From: an uncultured delta proteobacterium
Lineage (GTDB): Bacteria > Desulfobacterota > Syntrophobacteria > BM002
Length of the DNA stretch: 41,316 nucleotides
Assembly: GCA_963712115.1 (NCBI GenBank)
Contig: CAVQGX010000065.1
Span: forward strand, 1 to 41,316
Direction: 5' to 3'
Shown here: piece after piece, positions 37,008 to 41,316 of the stretch
Position numbering within the stretch: position 1 is the first letter of the stretch
How the letters are laid out: the number at the start of each line of letters is the position of its first letter
Notes under the pieces: model-generated
Database searches by the model: none
The model's input: only the letters and a program-made list of their open reading frames with translations
Told to the model about the DNA's origin: nothing
Translations under genes and position numbers: made by a program

Positions 37008-37697
37008 ATGATTGCTAAAGTGCTTCTGACTATATGGATGACCGTCATCATCGTAGCAGCCTTCTTGTATGCAGACGCAGCTGTTGGCTTCCCCGGTGAG
37101 ACATCTCGAATTCTTTTTTTTCACGTTCCTCAGGCATGGGTGGCAACCCTTTCCTTTTTGCTTTCCATGATCGCCAGCTGCATATATTTGGCCAGACGTA
37201 AGGTCCAGGTGGATAATCTAGCCCTGTCCGCCGCGGAGCTGGGATTTCTCTTTTGTATACTGGCCACAGCAAGCGGTTCCATCTTTGCCAAAGCCGCCTG
37301 GGGTTCATTCTGGAACTGGGACCCACGGGAGACCTCCATTGTCATACTTTTGATGATCTACGGGGCTTATTTCGCCCTTCGCTCTGCCGTGGCTGACCCG
37401 GAAAAGAGGCGTGTTTTTGCCGCGGTCTATTCGATCCTGGCATTTGTCACCGTGCCTTTCCTGGTCTTTGTGGTGCCCAGGATTACCGCCTCTCTTCATC
37501 CCGAAGACACTATGAACCCCGCCAAGCCCGGCATGGACCCGAAAACCCTGAAGGTATTCTTGGGCTCACTCCTGGCCTACACAGGGTTGTTTATCTGGAT
37601 GCTTAGGTTAAGATTAAGACTCTTGAATTTAGAGAGTATGCAAGAGCCTGAATTTGTTGTCAGAGAAAAAATGGACCTAGAGGGAGAAAAAAAATGA
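37008..37697 (+). CDS. ccmC: Heme exporter / cytochrome c assembly protein
   Basis: FFHVP, WWD-like AWGSFWNWDPRET and SLHP. Confidence 0.93.
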   Translation: MIAKVLLTIWMTVIIVAAFLYADAAVGFPGETSRILFFHVPQAWVATLSFLLSMIASCIYLARRKVQVDNLALSAAELGFLFCILATASGSIFAKAAWGSFWNWDPRETSIVILLMIYGAYFALRSAVADPEKRRVFAAVYSILAFVTVPFLVFVVPRITASLHPEDTMNPAKPGMDPKTLKVFLGSLLAYTGLFIWMLRLRLRLLNLESMQEPEFVVREKMDLEGEKK

Positions 37698-37822
37698 AAG
37701 AAGGGTTAAACTTTGTCTTGGGTGTCAATCTTATTATTTGGTCCGGTTTAGCCTTTTATCTCTTTATTCTTGATAGAAAGATCAAGAAATTAGAAGAGAC
37801 TTCTGCGGATAGGAGAAAATGA
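37694..37822 (+). CDS. ccmD: CcmD-family small membrane protein (not in the ORF track)
   Basis: MKEGLNFVLGVNLIIWSGLAFYLFILDRKIKKLEETSADRRK (42 aa); ATGA overlaps with both ccmC and ccmE. Confidence 0.88.
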   Translation: MKEGLNFVLGVNLIIWSGLAFYLFILDRKIKKLEETSADRRK

Positions 37823-38199
37823 AAAAGTCATACATTGTTGGTGGGCTTGTGGTTGCTTTGGCCATGGTCATGGCCATGTATTCTTTTAAATCAACCCTAA
37901 CCAGTTACGTCACCGTCAGTGAGGCCAAGGCAAGCAAGCGGCCCGTGCAAGTGGCCGGCATAGTGGTTTCGGGTACAGACAGATATGACCTGAAGAGGAA
38001 CAACCTGATTTTCGTTCTTCGCGAAGACGGCGGTGACCAGATGCAGGTGGAATATGACGGACCTAGGCCAGGAAATTTTGATAATGTCACCAAGGTGGTG
38101 GCTATTGGCAAATACGAACCAAAAGAGCAGGTGTTCATGGCCAGGGAATTACTGGTTAAATGCCCATCAAAATATGAGGGGAAGGTTAAAGGTCAATGA
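37819..38199 (+). CDS. ccmE: Heme chaperone, CxxxY variant
   Basis: N-terminal TM and LLVKCPSKY in place of HxxxY. Confidence 0.93.
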   Translation: MKKSYIVGGLVVALAMVMAMYSFKSTLTSYVTVSEAKASKRPVQVAGIVVSGTDRYDLKRNNLIFVLREDGGDQMQVEYDGPRPGNFDNVTKVVAIGKYEPKEQVFMARELLVKCPSKYEGKVKGQ

Positions 38200-40436
38200 T
38201 TAATTTTGGTGAAGTTACAATCTGGTTGGGTCTCATTGCTATCGCTATTTCTTCGGGGTGCTATTGGCTGGTAACTTCCAGGAAAGATGATACTCTCGCC
38301 TTGAATGTGGCTCGTTACAGTTTTACCGGTTTTGTCGCCTTCATGACTCTCGCCTCTGCCTTACTTATGCTGGCCATACTAAAACATGAGTTTCAGTACA
38401 GCTATGTAGCAAACTATTCGTCCCGCGACCTCCCCTTGCAATATTTGATCAGTTCTTTCTGGGCCGGCCAGGAAGGAAGCTTTCTTTTCTGGGTATTGAT
38501 GGGAAGTTGGCTTGGAATTTTCCTCATGCACAGATCTGAGGAAATGGAACCCCAGGTGATGTTCATCTACAACCTGAACCACCTGTTTTTGACAATATTA
38601 TTGATCAAACAGAGTCCCTTCAAACTTCTCCCCTCCACCCCCGCTGACGGCCAGGGGCTGAATATGCTCTTGCAGGATCCCTGGATGGTTATCCACCCGC
38701 CGGTAGTATTCCTGGGCTACGCCGCCTTTACCATTCCTTTTGCCTTTGCCATCGCCGCCCTCTGGCGCAGGGAATACGACCGCTGGATAAAGCCTGCCTT
38801 GCCCTGGACGGTTTTCGCCTTTGTGAGTTTGGGTGCCGGAATTATCATTGGCGGCTACTGGTCCTATAAGGTTCTGGGTTGGGGCGGCTATTGGGGTTGG
38901 GATCCCGTAGAAAATGCCTCCCTTTTGCCATGGCTGGCAGGCGCTGCCTTGATGCACGGGATGATTCTCCAGCTGTCCCTGGGCAAGTTGCGCAAGACCA
39001 ATTTCATCTTGGCCGCCTTTTCATTTCTTCTCATCATTTACTGTACCTTTCTGACTCGCTCTGGAATCCTTGCCGATTTTTCCGTTCATTCTTTTACGGA
39101 CCTTGGAATCACCGGCTGGCTTGTATTTTTCATGTTCTTTTTTATCTCCATCACCCTGTGGTTTTTCATAACCCGCGCTAGAGAGATTCCACTGTCCAAA
39201 AAAGATGCCGAGTTCAGCTATTTCAGCAGGGAATTTGGCTTTATCGGTGCCATGATCATTCTTTGTCTTTCTGCAGTAATCACCGGAATAGGAACATCTG
39301 CGCCTCTTATAACCAGGGTGCTCGAGAAAGCCTCAAAAGTCTCCAATGAATTCTACGTGGACACCAACATGCCTCTGGCGCTTCTCATAGTCCTGTTGTT
39401 GAGCTTCGTGCCTCTGCTTACCTGGGGGAAAAACAGTTTTTCTAGACTCACTCGCAAATTGATCTGGGCCGTGGTTGGCGCAGTAGTCTCAGGGGGCATC
39501 ACCCTATACTCCGGCTATCCGGGGATAGCAGTGCTTTTGCTATCTGTTCTGGCCGGAGCTGCCGTGGGTGTAAATCTACATCTAGCCATAAGGCTCGTTC
39601 GCAAGAAAATTACCCTGTCAGCCGGGGCCATTGCCCATCTGGGGGTTGGCTTGATGTTTGTCGGCATCATCTTCTCATCTGTTTATGATAGCTCGGAGAA
39701 GGTGCGGCTACCTCAGGGTAATTCCCACTCCACCCTGGGTTACGAGCTGAAATTTAATGGTCCGGAGTTTTTCAAAGAGCCGAGGGGGGTGCGGTTGGAT
39801 CTTCCGGTGGACGTCAAAAGGGGAAACACTGAATTCATTGCCCGGCCTGACATCCGCGCTGAGGACAGTCAATATGGCCAGGGTAGACGCTTCAGCCGTC
39901 CCCACATTCGGCGAGGTCTGGTCTCTGATTTTTACATATCGCCGGTGGAGTTTGAGCCTGAGACGGAGGAGAAAACTCCCTCTGCTGGAAAACAGTTGGA
40001 GTTAAAAAAGCAAGAGAAAATCCAGGTGCAGGACTACGAGATAACTTTTGTTGCTTTTGACGTATCAGGCATGATGGGCCAACAAAATGGCCAGGGTGTA
40101 AGCGTGGGGGCCGACCTTGTGGTTTCCTATAAAAACGAGGACCCCGTAAAGCTGAAGCCGGTTCTCACCATGGGCAAAGAAGGCAACTCGGCAAAACCAG
40201 TCAGACTGCCCGGGCCGGTGGAGGCCTACGTTTGTCTGGTTAAGATAGAAGCAAGTGTTGGAAGCATAGTCCTTGAATATGAGGGCCCTGCAGCCAGCCC
40301 AGGCAAAGGTGGGGAAAAGACTCCTCCTGCCTTCATAGCAGAGGTGAGCATAAAACCGGGCATGACGGTTCTTTGGCTTGGCAGCTTCCTCATCCTTGTG
40401 GGTGCTTCCGTCGGCGTTGTTCGCCGCTGGCATTAA
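38196..40436 (+). CDS. ccmF: Cytochrome c heme lyase
   Basis: WAGQEGS, GLNMLLQDPWMVIHPP, LGWGGYWGWDPVENASLLPW and SVHSF. Confidence 0.95.
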   Translation: MINFGEVTIWLGLIAIAISSGCYWLVTSRKDDTLALNVARYSFTGFVAFMTLASALLMLAILKHEFQYSYVANYSSRDLPLQYLISSFWAGQEGSFLFWVLMGSWLGIFLMHRSEEMEPQVMFIYNLNHLFLTILLIKQSPFKLLPSTPADGQGLNMLLQDPWMVIHPPVVFLGYAAFTIPFAFAIAALWRREYDRWIKPALPWTVFAFVSLGAGIIIGGYWSYKVLGWGGYWGWDPVENASLLPWLAGAALMHGMILQLSLGKLRKTNFILAAFSFLLIIYCTFLTRSGILADFSVHSFTDLGITGWLVFFMFFFISITLWFFITRAREIPLSKKDAEFSYFSREFGFIGAMIILCLSAVITGIGTSAPLITRVLEKASKVSNEFYVDTNMPLALLIVLLLSFVPLLTWGKNSFSRLTRKLIWAVVGAVVSGGITLYSGYPGIAVLLLSVLAGAAVGVNLHLAIRLVRKKITLSAGAIAHLGVGLMFVGIIFSSVYDSSEKVRLPQGNSHSTLGYELKFNGPEFFKEPRGVRLDLPVDVKRGNTEFIARPDIRAEDSQYGQGRRFSRPHIRRGLVSDFYISPVEFEPETEEKTPSAGKQLELKKQEKIQVQDYEITFVAFDVSGMMGQQNGQGVSVGADLVVSYKNEDPVKLKPVLTMGKEGNSAKPVRLPGPVEAYVCLVKIEASVGSIVLEYEGPAASPGKGGEKTPPAFIAEVSIKPGMTVLWLGSFLILVGASVGVVRRWH

Positions 40437-40484
40437 GTGAGGTTCCACTTTTTTCCAGCCTGATATTCTGCCGATCTTTTTTCA

Positions 40485-40668
40485 AAATCCCCCCCCGCCC
40501 GCCTCGCCTGAAGGCGAAGCCGACGGCGGGCAGGCCGAGTCCCCCCTTTACCAAAGGGGGGAACTCCATTGAATCAATTAAAATCTCCCTTTATTAGGGG
40601 GGTTCACAGCTATCAAAGGATAAAATCAAAAAAAAGTCCCCCTTTCTAAAGGGGGATTTAGGGGGATT
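40485..40668. repeat. Inverted pair of CCCCCTTT-NN-AAAGGGGG REP-like palindromes with nested hairpins
   Basis: AATCCCCC...CCCCCCTTTACCAAAGGGGGG and TCCCCCTTTCTAAAGGGGGATTTAGGGGGATT between convergent genes. Confidence 0.75.
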
Positions 40669-40694
40669 ACGCTATGCTCTCTGTGCTGTGCGAT

Positions 40695-41316
40695 TTAATC
40701 TTCATCAACCGTTATCTCGGCATCCTCCAAGAGAACCTCATAGCTGTAGCCATAGCCAAAATCACGATTCACCGAGACTTTTCCGTTCACCAGCACCAGA
40801 TCACCAACCTCGACCATAACGGTGGTGGTGACGGTCAGATCATTGGTCCCCTCGCTGCCGCTGCCGTCCTGCAGGTGCAGCCAGTTCTTCCCCATAATCT
40901 GCCGGAGAAATTTGACCACCTTGCCGCGGAGGGGGACCTGCTTGCCCGCCAGTTCCTCTTTCCCGGCAAAGATTTCCGCCACGGTCTTTCCGTCTTCGGC
41001 CTTCTCTACGCTGCTGACGTCAATCTGAGGCTGGCTACTCTTAACTCCCGTGGGGGGATGCCCCTGGGCATTTGCGGTCTTTGCTTGATGGCCTGGTCAT
41101 TTTCTCTTCGCTGATTACGCCTACAAAGTGGACCAATTCGAAATCACGCTCGAGGGTATTGCTGTGAAAGTTCTTCATTACCAGATCCCGCGGGGACGAC
41201 CACCGTGTCTCCAACCTTGCCGCGGAATTCGGGAGTAGCGGCCCAAATCTTTTCTTTACCGGTATCCACCTGAACGTTGTATAACGCTCAACTTTGATAA
41301 TTTCTGCCACCGTGCC
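40695..41316 (-). CDS. OB-fold / NrfJ-like protein with several frameshifts, 5' end outside the window
   Basis: Across frames: GTVAEIIKVERYT / VQVDTGKEKIWAATPEFRGKVGDTVVVP / MKNFHSNTLERDFELVHFV ... TVAEIFAGKEELAGK..RGKVVK..IMGKNWLHLQDGSG..DFGYGY. Confidence 0.65.

Noticed and set aside
1-41316. tRNA/rRNA genes, transposases, phage or defence genes, selenocysteine read-through
   Set aside because: No supporting motif was seen; the ORF breaks are frameshifts rather than in-frame TGA codons at Cys positions.

Overview
A 41.3 kb bacterial window of about 50% GC. Gene content (CxxxY-type CcmE, DUF39 homocysteine enzyme, sigma54 promoters, multiheme cytochromes) suggests an anaerobic Desulfobacterota/deltaproteobacterial genome; this is inference. 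Left to right: (1) a signalling patch with a truncated FHA protein, two PilZ proteins, VanZ, a lipoprotein, a TRASH/YHS-like mini-protein, three -24/-12 promoter motifs and two copies of a ~190 bp palindromic MITE; (2) a minus-strand glgB / GH57-DUF3536 / class II aldolase operon with a third MITE copy; (3) a sulfur amino-acid cluster, cysE-cysK preceded by an unannotated poly-cysteine leader ORF (candidate Cys-sensing attenuator), then the DUF39 + NIL-ferredoxin homocysteine pair; (4) a TolB-like lipoprotein and a frameshifted M1-M28-PDZ peptidase; (5) a membrane-bound HAMP-GAF sigma54 activator followed by UAS, IHF and -24/-12 motifs and an operon of a receiver protein, 8-heme cytochrome, cytochrome b, 3-heme cytochrome, NHL propeller and 18-heme cytochrome; (6) convergent MFS/spermidine-synthase fusion, TPR lipoprotein and a ~8-heme lipoprotein cytochrome; (7) ccmABCDEF and an OB-fold/NrfJ-like gene at the edge. 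Several single-base frameshifts may be assembly errors. No tRNA, rRNA or CRISPR array was seen.
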